A DNA stretch of 64,000 bases. Origin: Alphaproteobacteria bacterium (lineage in GTDB: Bacteria > Pseudomonadota > Alphaproteobacteria > JBFXJJ01). The notes beneath the pieces are model-generated. The model had not been told where the DNA came from. It ran no database searches and saw only the letters and a program-made list of their open reading frames with translations. Where the stretch lies: NCBI GenBank assembly GCA_050175015.1, contig JBFXJJ010000005.1, positions 108,953-172,952 of the forward strand, given 5' to 3'. Below are positions 10,722-21,200 of this stretch, in pieces (the stretch's first letter is position 1; every line of letters begins with the position of its first letter). The position numbers and the translations under genes were made by a program.

Positions 10722-11236
10722 TCTTTAACAAATACATTAATATTGTTTATACAATCTTTTGTTTTATCGTCTTTTTTTGGTTTTAAATATCCTGCGCAGC
10801 TTATTAATAAAACAATGTTTTTATCTAGGTTTTTAACCTTGCTGCGGCTTAAGATAAAATCACCCCATTTTTTTTCATACAATAAGGCAACTTCACCTTT
10901 TCCAAAGGCAACAATAGCAACCCGTTTGAGCAAAATAGAAATCTCACTTGCAAACGGTGCTATTTCCTCATCATATTGATGTTTTTCAAATAATTTTTCT
11001 AACCGTTGAAGCGCAATTCTTTTAGCCCGCCCCAGCCGTCCTTGATAGCAAAAAAAATTCCGCCATAGCCACATAAAGATTAATATAAATAAAACCAAAA
11101 CAGGAAGATACCAAATTGGGGCTAAAGGAAAAAATGAAGCATCATCAGAAAAGTGAATATCTTTTAGTTGAATTAGACTATCAAATATTTTTTTATCCAT
11201 ATTATCTGGAATATCAATAGGGTAATTTTCAATCAT
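10703..11236 (-). CDS. DUF4381-like membrane protein
   Basis: QLKDIH...FPLAPIW motif, LLKRVA; position in moxR operon. Confidence 0.75.
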   Translation of the reverse strand: MIENYPIDIPDNMDKKIFDSLIQLKDIHFSDDASFFPLAPIWYLPVLVLFILIFMWLWRNFFCYQGRLGRAKRIALQRLEKLFEKHQYDEEIAPFASEISILLKRVAIVAFGKGEVALLYEKKWGDFILSRSKVKNLDKNIVLLISCAGYLKPKKDDKTKDCINNINVFVKEWIRLL

Positions 11237-12309
11237 AAAGATGCCTTCAGTCTATTGTCATAATGCCCAGAAGATACAATAGAAACCGAATTTCTTTTTT
11301 GAGTATATAAACTAGAATAAAGTTCTGCCGCTAAATCATCATCGGTCCTGATTGTGATAAAACTAATACGATATTTATTGCAGAAAAGTCTTATCTTCTG
11401 TTCCTTATCACTAAACAATTTCACATAAGCTTGGCGCCAGTTTTCGTCATCAGCCCGCATCAAAGCGATGTTTTTACCATCAGAAATACGGTAAACGCCA
11501 TAAGGTGGCGGCTCTTTTTCTAAAATATCATAAACCTTAATGCAAACAACATCACAGTGCGCCTTCAAATACAATAATTGCTTCTCAACATCTTCATTAT
11601 AATCTGAAAAATCGCTGATAACAAAAACAAGGCTTCCTGATATGGCATTTTTTTTAATTTCTGCCAAGCTTTTAGATAAGCTGGCTGTAGATTTGGCATT
11701 GCTATCCAGCGAACCTTCGACTATAGCATTAAAAAGCCCCATAAGCCTTTTTCTACTGCGGTGCGCTTTAATCATAACGGCTTTTGAAGCGGATAAAACC
11801 AGCCCTCCAATACGATCGTGGTTTTCTAAAGCCGACCAGCCTATAATCGCACTTATTTTAGACGCTATAACTGACTTAAATGCGGTTCTGGTTGCGAAAC
11901 GCATTTGTGGTCTTAAATCAGTTAAGACTAAAACCATACGTTCGCGCTCTTCGTGAAAAACCTTAGTATGAGCTTGCCCCGTCTTGGCTGTAATACGCCA
12001 GTCTATGCATCGAATGTCATCGCCTTCCTGATAGATGCGGACTTCATCAAACTCCATTCCTCGACCACGAAACGGCGATCTATAAGCTCCCGAGCCATAT
12101 GTTCCAACTTTTTTGGTTGGCTTATTTAAAATGTTTTTGCCATTTAAGCGAACGGCAAGCAATTCATCTATCGTTACAGCGATACCTTGCTTATTATTGT
12201 TTTTACTTGATTTATGATACAAAAGTCCTTTTTCAGTTTTTAATATCTTTAAGAGTTTATCAAAAACTGTTTTAAATGATTTTGTTTGTTTTTTCAGCTT
12301 CTTAACCAT
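11233..12309 (-). CDS. DUF58 family protein
   Basis: GRGMEFDEVRIYQEGDDIRCIDWRITAK, VISDF. Confidence 0.92.
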   Translation of the reverse strand: MVKKLKKQTKSFKTVFDKLLKILKTEKGLLYHKSSKNNNKQGIAVTIDELLAVRLNGKNILNKPTKKVGTYGSGAYRSPFRGRGMEFDEVRIYQEGDDIRCIDWRITAKTGQAHTKVFHEERERMVLVLTDLRPQMRFATRTAFKSVIASKISAIIGWSALENHDRIGGLVLSASKAVMIKAHRSRKRLMGLFNAIVEGSLDSNAKSTASLSKSLAEIKKNAISGSLVFVISDFSDYNEDVEKQLLYLKAHCDVVCIKVYDILEKEPPPYGVYRISDGKNIALMRADDENWRQAYVKLFSDKEQKIRLFCNKYRISFITIRTDDDLAAELYSSLYTQKRNSVSIVSSGHYDNRLKASL

Positions 12310-12327
12310 AAATCATTAGAACCTACT

Positions 12328-13317
12328 TTAAGGAAGCGGAACTCTGTTTAACAAAACATCAATAAAGCTGTCAGGTGTAACCCCTTCAGCCTCAGCTTCA
12401 AAAGTCAATAATATTCTATGCCTTAAGGCATCGTGAACAACAGCGTGAACATCTTCAGGAGAAACAAAATCTTTTCCCAGCAGCCAAGCTCTTGCTCTAG
12501 CTGTACGGTCTATTGCAATCGTTCCTCGAGGTGATGCTCCATAGTTAATCCATCTTGCCAATTTATCGCCATATGGCGCTGGATTTCTTGTCGCTACAAC
12601 TAGCTGCACGATATATTCTTCTAAGGCCGGAGCCATATGTATTTCTAAAGCCGCATCTCTCGCATTAAAAATTGTTTCTTGAGGAATTTTTAAGAAAACG
12701 GGAGGCGGAACTTTTTTGGCTTCATCTCTGACAAGACTTAATATTTTTCTTTCAGATTCAACATCAGGCTGTCCTATTTTTACATATAAAAGAAAACGGT
12801 CTAATTGAGCCTCAGGCAAAGGATATGTCCCTTCCTGTTCAATAGGATTTTGGGTTGCCATAACCATAAAAAGACGAGGTAATTTATATGTTTTATTGCC
12901 AACTGTGGCTTGTCTTTCTGCCATTGCTTCTAAAAGTGCCGACTGCACTTTTGCAGGTGAACGGTTAATTTCATCGGCTAAAATAAGATTATTAAAAATA
13001 GGCCCTTGCCTAAACACGAATTCACTAGTTTCTGGTTTAAAAATATCACTGCCTGTAATATCGGCGGGAAGCAAATCAGGTGTGAATTGGATACGGCATG
13101 ACTTACCTTCAATTACATCACTAAGCTCTTTTATCGCTTTTGTTTTAGCAAGTCCAGGAGCGCCTTCCACTAGCAAATGACCATCTGCAATTAAGGATAT
13201 AATGATTTTTTCAACTAAATCATTCTGCCCAATAATTCTGGTTTTCATATATTCTAAAAGTCGAGATATGTCTTTTTGGGCTTTTTGAAATTTTTCATTA
13301 TTCTGAGACATTTCCAT
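12328..13317 (-). CDS. moxR: MoxR family AAA+ ATPase
   Basis: EGAPGLAKT, RIQFTPDLLPADITG, LADEINR, ATQNPIEQEGTYPLPEAQLDRF. Confidence 0.95.
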   Translation of the reverse strand: MEMSQNNEKFQKAQKDISRLLEYMKTRIIGQNDLVEKIIISLIADGHLLVEGAPGLAKTKAIKELSDVIEGKSCRIQFTPDLLPADITGSDIFKPETSEFVFRQGPIFNNLILADEINRSPAKVQSALLEAMAERQATVGNKTYKLPRLFMVMATQNPIEQEGTYPLPEAQLDRFLLYVKIGQPDVESERKILSLVRDEAKKVPPPVFLKIPQETIFNARDAALEIHMAPALEEYIVQLVVATRNPAPYGDKLARWINYGASPRGTIAIDRTARARAWLLGKDFVSPEDVHAVVHDALRHRILLTFEAEAEGVTPDSFIDVLLNRVPLP

Positions 13318-13327
13318 TTTTTATTTC

Positions 13328-14269
13328 CTAACCAATTTTCCTTATCAAAAGTTCATCAAGTTCTTTTTCTGCTTTTAATCTCATTTCTTCCAAATGGGTA
13401 ATTTTTAAAAGATTGATAGCTTTGCGGTAATTTTTAATCGCTTTTTCGAAAGGATTATCAATATTATCTCTGTCGGCAGCTTCTGCCCGTGCTAAATGAA
13501 GCATAGCCTCAGCTTGTCCCATAGGATTTGATGCTTTCTCAAAAAGATATACAGCTTTAGCTAAAGCTTTTTTGGAGTTTCTAATATCGCCGATGGAACG
13601 CCTTAAGATACCTATACCTGTAAGCGAGCTTGCTTCGCCAATTAAATCGCCGTTTTCCCTAAACAAAACAACGCTTTTTTCTAAGACATCGTGAGCAATA
13701 TCATTTTTCTTCAAAAGCATACAAATTCTAGCCATTGCAAGCAATGCTAAAGCTTCATTTAAGGTGTTGCCGCCCTTATGATAATAATTAGCCGATTTCT
13801 TGTATTCGTCCATGGCACTATCTTCCTGCCCTGCTCGTAAAGATATCGATGCTCTTAAATCATAGCCTTTTGCTATTCCGATATAATTTGTCTCTTGTTT
13901 AAAAATTTCGATTGCAGATAAAACAGCATCTTTCGCTTTTGTTATATCTTCGGCTTCGATAGCCGTTTCGCACAATTTTAGTAAGATATCACCTCTGGCA
14001 TTATTATGTTCTGCATCATTTAAAATATTTTTAGCATATTCATAAAGTTCTGATGCTCTAGATAGATTTTTCTGTGCAAATTCAACATCAGCACACCTTA
14101 CTATAGCCTCAGCTTCACCGAAAGTATCACCGTTATCTTTATATAGTTTTGCCGCCATATTAAAAGCTTCTTTGGCTTGTTCAAGTTCATCTTTGTTAAA
14201 CAAGTCTTCGCCTTCATTGGCGATTCTAGCTGCTTTTGTTACATAGTTGCCATCTAAAGTTCTAGGCAT
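13328..14269 (-). CDS. Tetratricopeptide-repeat protein
   Basis: Helical ~40-aa repeats (GDTFGEAEA, GDLIGEASSL, NPMGQAEAM); heads the moxR operon. Confidence 0.7.
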   Translation of the reverse strand: MPRTLDGNYVTKAARIANEGEDLFNKDELEQAKEAFNMAAKLYKDNGDTFGEAEAIVRCADVEFAQKNLSRASELYEYAKNILNDAEHNNARGDILLKLCETAIEAEDITKAKDAVLSAIEIFKQETNYIGIAKGYDLRASISLRAGQEDSAMDEYKKSANYYHKGGNTLNEALALLAMARICMLLKKNDIAHDVLEKSVVLFRENGDLIGEASSLTGIGILRRSIGDIRNSKKALAKAVYLFEKASNPMGQAEAMLHLARAEAADRDNIDNPFEKAIKNYRKAINLLKITHLEEMRLKAEKELDELLIRKIG

Positions 14270-14411
14270 TGTAAAAAAACTCCCCTTATTTATTATTTTC
14301 CCTTTGTACCTTAATATAGTATATTAATAATACTTTTGCTAGAGTTTGTAGCAATCTTGTTTTAAGATAGGAATTCCTAAAAAAGTTTTAACAAATGTGG
14401 TAATCACTTAA

Positions 14412-16625
14412 ATGAATGATATTTTTGAGCTTTCAGACAGCGACAATAATAACAGCTTAACTTATCAAGAGCCACTATGGCTTAAAACTCTAAACCCAGA
14501 ACAAAGAGAAGCTGTCATACATACCAATGGCCCACTCTTGGTTTTATCTGGCGCAGGTACGGGAAAAACCCGTGTGCTTGTTTCTAAACTTGCCTATATC
14601 ATTTTTAATAAAATTGCTAATCCATGGAATTGCTTAGCTGTTACTTTCACAAACAAAGCTGCGAATGAAATGAAAGCCCGTGTTTCTGAAATGACAGGCG
14701 TTGAAGTTTCAGCTTTATGGCTAGGAACTTTCCACAGTATCTGCGCTAAAATCTTAAGACGACACGCTGAAAAAGTTAGCTTAAAATCTAACTTCACAAT
14801 TATTGATGATAACGATCAAAAACATCTCATTACCACAATTATGCAGGAATTTGGGCTTGATACTAAAAAGTTTCTCCCCAAAGCTATGGTTGGAATCATA
14901 AGCCGCTGGAAAGACCAAGCTCTTACGCCTGATAAAGTAACGCCTTATGTTATCGGTTATGATTTTGCTGATGGTTTTGCTTTAAAAATCTATAAAGAAT
15001 ACAATAATCGCCTAAAAACTATGAATTCGGCTGATTTTGGCGATTTAATTTTGCTCTGCATTAATTTATTCACCGCTAACCAAGACATCTTGAACCTTTA
15101 TCAAGATAAATTTCGCTACATAATGGTTGATGAATATCAAGACACTAATGTCTCGCAGTATTTGTGGTTAAGACTGCTGGCAATGAAATATAAAAATATC
15201 TGCTGTGTTGGAGATGATGATCAATCAATTTACTCTTGGCGCGGCGCCGAAATATCAAATATTTTAAATTTTGAAAAAGACTTTAATAGCGCCAAAACCG
15301 TAAGGTTAGAAAGAAACTATCGTTCTACTAAAAACATATTAGATGGAGCATCTAATTTAATAGCTTTCAACAAACAGCGGCTTGGCAAAAGGTTGTTTCC
15401 CGCTTTTGAAAAAGATGAAGAAAACGAGCAGATTAAAGTTATCAAAAGTTTAAGCAGCGAAGATGAGGTTACATCTATTATTGAGGAAATTGAAAGCGAA
15501 CAGCGCCATAAAACTCCGCTTTCTCAAATGGCTATCTTAGTGAGAACAGCTGCCCTCACCCGTAATTTTGAAGAAAAATTGGTGGCTTATGGTATTCCAT
15601 ACAGAGTTATAGGCGGACTTCGTTTTTATGAACGTATGGAAATAAGAGATGTAATTGCATATTTACGAATTTTGCTGCAGCCAGATGACAGCCTTGCCTT
15701 TGAACGTGTTATTAATAAACCTAAAAGAGGCATTGGCGATAAGACTTTAGATACAATTAAAGATTATGCTAATCGCAATAACTTATCTTATTTTATGGCA
15801 GCTTACCAACTAATTGAAAATAAAGGGCTACCCACAAAAGTTTCCAAAACAATCGATGAGCTAATAAAAGACTTTGCTCGGTGGCATAATATGCTTGATG
15901 ATAAGTCACCTAGAGAACTCGTAAAAATCATACTTGAAGAAACTGGCTATCTTGAAATGTGGCAAAAAGATAAGTCTCAAGAAAGCGCCTCCAGAGTTGA
16001 AAACATAAAAGAACTTTTAAGTGTTCTAGATGACAATTTTGCAAGTATCGCTGCCTTTTTAGATCACGTAAGCTTAGTAATGGATAAAAATTCTGATAAT
16101 TATGGAACAGATTATCTCTCCATTATGACCATTCACGCAGCAAAAGGACTAGAATTTGACAATGTTTTTCTGCCAGCTTGGGAAGAAAATATCTTTCCCC
16201 ATTCAATGACACTCTCAGAAAATGGCGAAAATGGCGTTGAAGAAGAAAGACGCCTTGCTTATGTTGCTATAACCAGAGCAAGGAAAAAGGTCTTCATTTC
16301 CTTTGCCTATAGCCGCTTCATATACGGTAATTGGCAAAACAACGTTCCATCAAGATTCATTGATGAAATAGGACTTGATAATATTGTTTCTGATAAAGAC
16401 ACTAACCAATTCTCACAATTATCAGAAATGTCTTTTGACTGGCAGCGTATTTATGCTAAAAAAGCACAAATTCAAAATAATGTTTTCCACATAGGAGATA
16501 AAGTCTTCCATAAACGTTTTGGTAATGGCACAATTATTAGTATGGATTGTGATAAATTAGAAATTGACTTTGATGACAGTGGCTTGAAAAAAATAATATC
16601 TAGTTTTGTGGAAGTTCTAAGATGA
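14412..16625 (+). CDS. uvrD: UvrD/PcrA SF1 DNA helicase
   Basis: GAGTGKT, VDEYQDTN, GDDDQSIYSWRGA, NYRST, TIHAAKGLEF, EEERRLAYVAITRA. Confidence 0.95.
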   Translation: MNDIFELSDSDNNNSLTYQEPLWLKTLNPEQREAVIHTNGPLLVLSGAGTGKTRVLVSKLAYIIFNKIANPWNCLAVTFTNKAANEMKARVSEMTGVEVSALWLGTFHSICAKILRRHAEKVSLKSNFTIIDDNDQKHLITTIMQEFGLDTKKFLPKAMVGIISRWKDQALTPDKVTPYVIGYDFADGFALKIYKEYNNRLKTMNSADFGDLILLCINLFTANQDILNLYQDKFRYIMVDEYQDTNVSQYLWLRLLAMKYKNICCVGDDDQSIYSWRGAEISNILNFEKDFNSAKTVRLERNYRSTKNILDGASNLIAFNKQRLGKRLFPAFEKDEENEQIKVIKSLSSEDEVTSIIEEIESEQRHKTPLSQMAILVRTAALTRNFEEKLVAYGIPYRVIGGLRFYERMEIRDVIAYLRILLQPDDSLAFERVINKPKRGIGDKTLDTIKDYANRNNLSYFMAAYQLIENKGLPTKVSKTIDELIKDFARWHNMLDDKSPRELVKIILEETGYLEMWQKDKSQESASRVENIKELLSVLDDNFASIAAFLDHVSLVMDKNSDNYGTDYLSIMTIHAAKGLEFDNVFLPAWEENIFPHSMTLSENGENGVEEERRLAYVAITRARKKVFISFAYSRFIYGNWQNNVPSRFIDEIGLDNIVSDKDTNQFSQLSEMSFDWQRIYAKKAQIQNNVFHIGDKVFHKRFGNGTIISMDCDKLEIDFDDSGLKKIISSFVEVLR

Positions 16626-17935
16626 CTGAAAATTTAAAACAGCCGACAAAAAAGATTATTAAAAAAATTATTCGCAGGGTTGTAAAAAAAGCTGACGATA
16701 ATCATCAAGTTATTGCCCAAGAGAACACTAATAACCAGCAAAATCAACTTGAAAACCAAGCCAGTTTAGAACACCAAAATCCAGCGCCGTTAGGCAATCA
16801 AGAGCAGACACACCAAGAAGATAAATTAGGCATGGCATCAATGTTTTCCCGTATGATGGAAGGACAAGGCGCCATAACAGAAGAAGATTATAAAATCCAA
16901 GAAGAAATTGTTAAAAAAGAGCAGCTTATATTAGAAGAAGAAAAAAAATTATTGTTAGCAAAAGCTGCGACACAAAAAGCTTATGAAACTAATGCTAAAT
17001 TTGATGAAAGCGGTTGGGGAGGATATTTTTTTGAATTTGCTTCCGCTGCTTTTTTTGTAGTCTGCCAGAACCAAATTATTTATGTGAACAAAAAAGCACC
17101 AGAACTTTTGCATTATCGCTTTGAAAGTGATTTATTAGAAAAGAAATTTATTGATTTTATCGATGATAGCTCAAAATCATTATTCGAAAACTCTATAGAA
17201 ATTTTACTTGAAGAACACAAGACTATAGGAATTAGATTAGTTGGCAATGGTGGACGTAAAATAGATGTTGTTATTTCAGCTAGACATGTTCTTGATGATA
17301 ACTACTTTACATATTTGATAGAAGCTGTTGATATTACGCCTTTGAGAAAATTAGAAGAAAAAAATCAAAAAAATGAAGAGTTGTTAATCAAAGCATCAGG
17401 CTATGATACCATTACGAATCTACCAGAACGTAAGTTTTTTGACGACAGGCTAGAAAAGTTAATTGCAAGGTCTTTACGCTTTGCTGATGGCAAATTAGAA
17501 AAAATAAGAACCCTTGTCGCAATCTTGATTGTTGATATTGACGCTTTTTCAGAAATAGAAAAACTTTATGGCAAAACCACAGCTGACAAACTGCTTGCAG
17601 CCATAGCTGTAAGACTTTCTTCTTGCGTTGATGAGGCTGATACCGTTGCCAAAAATCAAGATGGTGATCAATTTTTATTGATTATAGAAGGCTATCCAAG
17701 CTCTAATAGAATTATTACAACGGAAGATGACATCAAAAATATTGCTGAATATATTTTGAAAACACTAAAAAAACCTTTCAATATTATGGGGGAAGATATT
17801 GAAATCAGATGCAGCATAGGTATTAGTTATTTCCCTAAACACGGGCGTACTTCCCCTCTTCTTCTACGCATTGCTCAAAGTGCCCTTGATGCTATCAAAA
17901 GCTCTGGAGGCAATCAATATTTGATTGCAGGATAA
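16622..17935 (+). CDS. PAS + degenerate GGDEF domain protein
   Basis: PAS ending DIT, YDTITNLP, VDID, active-site position reads DGDQF, SIGIS; ATGA overlap with uvrD. Confidence 0.8.
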   Translation: MTENLKQPTKKIIKKIIRRVVKKADDNHQVIAQENTNNQQNQLENQASLEHQNPAPLGNQEQTHQEDKLGMASMFSRMMEGQGAITEEDYKIQEEIVKKEQLILEEEKKLLLAKAATQKAYETNAKFDESGWGGYFFEFASAAFFVVCQNQIIYVNKKAPELLHYRFESDLLEKKFIDFIDDSSKSLFENSIEILLEEHKTIGIRLVGNGGRKIDVVISARHVLDDNYFTYLIEAVDITPLRKLEEKNQKNEELLIKASGYDTITNLPERKFFDDRLEKLIARSLRFADGKLEKIRTLVAILIVDIDAFSEIEKLYGKTTADKLLAAIAVRLSSCVDEADTVAKNQDGDQFLLIIEGYPSSNRIITTEDDIKNIAEYILKTLKKPFNIMGEDIEIRCSIGISYFPKHGRTSPLLLRIAQSALDAIKSSGGNQYLIAG

Positions 17936-18013
17936 TTTTTTTAATTATGCCTAAGATAAGTTCTTGACAAACCATAGAATAAACTTGTAAATATTTTTCT
18001 TGAGAAAATTTAT

Positions 18014-18090
18014 GGCGGCTTAGCTCAGTTGGTTAGAGCACAGGAATCATAATCCTGGTGTCCCCAGTTCAAATCTGGGAGCCGCTACCA
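18014..18090 (+). tRNA. tRNA-Met (CAT), elongator type
   Basis: GGCGGCT/AGCCGCT acceptor stem, CAGGA-ATCATAA-TCCTG anticodon arm, GTTCAAATC T-loop, encoded CCA. Confidence 0.93.
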
Positions 18091-18095
18091 AAATT

Positions 18096-18140
18096 AAAAA
18101 GAGGTTTCAAGTTTTTTATCTTGAAACCTCTTTTGTTTTT
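18096..18140 (+). terminator. Terminator after tRNA
   Basis: AAAAGAGGTTTCAAG...CTTGAAACCTCTTTT hairpin. Confidence 0.8.
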
Positions 18141-18227
18141 TTCATAACTTCCCCTGTTACTTTTTTAAATCAAAAAAGTTGTTACGTTACAAAAAACGTT
18201 AAATTAGATTGTTTTTAAATACCATAC

Positions 18228-18265
18228 AAAAAATCCGCTGTTTTTTTTATTGCAGCGGATTTTTG
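18228..18265 (-). terminator. Terminator of RTX gene
   Basis: AAAAAATCCGCTG...CAGCGGATTTTT hairpin. Confidence 0.75.
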
Positions 18266-18294
18266 TTATTTAGATTATTAAGCTGGTCAATAAA

Positions 18295-21200
18295 CTAAAC
18301 AGCTCTGGCGTGCCAGGTTTGCTCAAGTGTTGAAGCTAATGCATTGTTCAAGGTTTCGTCTTCGCTTATACTAGACATTCCTTGAGGATTAAATGATGAC
18401 ATCGCCTGTACCAACAAATCTACGCTGCTGCGATCAAGTTCAAAGCCGTCAGATATTGTAAACTGATCAATTTGAGCATCATCACTGCCATACCAGTTAT
18501 TAAACACGATAGCATCACTACTGCCCATAATTGATACTTTAAGGTTTTGTCCTTGTTGACTGAACCACAATTCATCATAATCAGCATTTGATATGTTCAT
18601 AATATCCGTGCCATCAGCATCTTGATTAACAATGCTGTCAACACCATCACCTCGTGCAAACTCATAAGTATCATTGCCAGCGCCACCGTAGAGCGTATCA
18701 TTACCGTCACCGCCACGTAAAGTATCAGCACCAGCACCGCCAATTAACACGTCGTTATCAGCTCCGCCTTCAAGAATATCATCTCCGGCATCACCTCTTA
18801 GGTAATCATTAGCCGAACCACCGAGTATGGTATCATTGCCGTTGTTACCATAAGCAACAACTCGAACCGTTGAGTTGGAACCATTAATAACGTCATCTCC
18901 GGCTGAACCAATAACATTCTCAATTGAAGTTGCCGCTAGGTCTAAAGTCATTGCTGTTTGCAGGGTTGCAACATCGGAACCTTCACCACCATTGATCTCA
19001 ATGTCATCGCTGTCAATGTAAAGACTATCATTACCGTCGCCGCCACGTAAAGTATCAGCACCAGCGCCGCCAATTAACACGTCGTTATCAGCTCCGCCTT
19101 CAAGAATATCATCGCCGGCATCACCTCTTAGGTAATCATTAGCCGAACCGCCTAGTATGGTATCATTGCCGTTGTTACCATAAGCAACAATTCGAACCGT
19201 TGAGTTAGAACCATTAATAACGTCATCTCCAGCTGAACCATTAACATTTTCAATTGAAGTTGCCGCCAAGTCTAAAGTCATTGCTGTTTGCAGGGTTGCA
19301 ACATCTGAACCTTCACCCCCACTTATTTCAACATCATCGCTGTCAATGTAAAGACTGTCATTACCGTCGCCGCCACGTAAAGTATCAGCACCAGCACCGC
19401 CAATTAACACATCGTTATCAGCTCCGCCTTCAAGTATATCATCTCCGGCATCACCTCTTAGGTAATCATTAGCCGAACCGCCTAGTATGGTATCATTGCC
19501 GTTGTTACCATAAGCAACAACTCGAACCGTTGAGTTAGAACCATTAATAACGTCATCTCCAGCTGAACCATTAACATTCTCAATTGAAGTTGCCGCCAAG
19601 TCTAAAGTCATTGCTGTTTGCAGGGTTGCAACGTCGGAACCGTCGCCGCCATTGATCTCAACATCATCGCTGTCAATGTAAAGACTGTCATTACCGTCGC
19701 CGCCACGTAAAGTATCAGCACCAGCTCCGCCAATTAATACATCATTATCAGCTCCGCCTTCAAGAATATCATCTCCGGCATCACCTCTTAGGTAATCATT
19801 AGCCGAACCGCCGAGTATGGTATCGTTGCCGTTGTTACCATAAGCAACAACTCGAACCGTTGAGTTGGAACCATTAATAACGTCATCTCCCGTTGAACCG
19901 TTAACGTTCTCAATTGAAGTTGCCGCTAGGTCTAAAGTCATCGCTGTTTGCATAGTTGCAACATCGGAACCTTCACCACCATTGATCTCAACATCATCGC
20001 TGTCAATGTAAAGACTGTCATTACCGTCGCCGCCACGTAAAGTATCAGCACCAGCGCCGCCAATTAACACATCGTTATCAGCTCCGCCTTCAAGTATATC
20101 ATCGCCAGCATCGCCTCTTAGGTAATCATTGCCGCCAAAGCCATAGATAATATCGGAATCAGATGTGCCATAAATAACATCACGTTCTTCTGTGCCTATA
20201 ATCTCATTCGGAGCGGCTGTTAATGTTGGATCTGTTAAGTCTATATCTCCGCCGTTTTTATCCTTTAAAAATTCAACAACAGCATTAGCATCAGAATAAT
20301 GGTTTTGAACACGCATTGTATCGTTACCATCATTTATCGATAAAACTAAATCATTGCCATCACGGGTGAACGTAACATCAGTAACCGAAAGTCCTGTCTT
20401 GAGCATAATAACATCGGCAACATCTCCTGTTTCGATAATAGTATCGTGATCAGAACCTGTGCCAAACAAATAAGTGTCAAATGAACCATGGCCACCCATT
20501 AAAATGTCGTTGCCTTCACCTCCGTCTAGAATATCATTACCAGCGAGGGTTATTAAAGTGTCATCGCCTGTGCCGCCAAATACATTGTCATCACCCGTGC
20601 CACCGGTAATATTATCATCACCACCCATACCAACTAACGTGCAGCCTAAATCATTGCCCGTTAAAGTTTCAGCTTCATCGGTGCCGTATTGTGGGAGGTT
20701 GGTTAAATCGCCAATATTAATAGAAAAATCATCAAAATTAATTTTCTCAATACGGTAGCCACTATCAGTAAGATCATATTGTCCGTATATATCAACGTGT
20801 TCAAAAGTGCTGTTGAGATAGATCTTCATTGTAGTATTTTCTTGAAAGAACGTAACATTTGAAGCAGATAAGCCTCCTGTAATGTAAAGAGTATCATAAC
20901 CTGATTCTTCTCTTATGGTATCAACTCCATAACCTATACCAAAAATATATGTGTCGTTATTAGAACCTCCTCGAAGATTATCATTCCCAGATCCGCCATC
21001 TAGAGTATCATTGCCTTCGTCACCATAAAGGACATCATTTCCAGAACCACCATACAAAATAACATCATCACTATCACCATAGAGACGGTCATCATCATCA
21101 CCGCCATATAAAATATCATGACCTTTTCCAGCATAAAGGCGATCATTTCCACTGCCTCCATCTAGAATGTCATCACCGTCGTCACCATAGAGATGGTCAT

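Noticed and set aside
18014-18090. Initiator tRNA-fMet or tRNA-Ile2 identity
   Set aside because: No C1 mismatch or GGG/CCC anticodon stem; the GGC acceptor start fits elongator Met better, though Ile2 is not formally excluded
18700-20130. Regular repeats as a CRISPR array
   Set aside because: 330-bp in-frame coding repeats without unique spacers; no cas genes in the window
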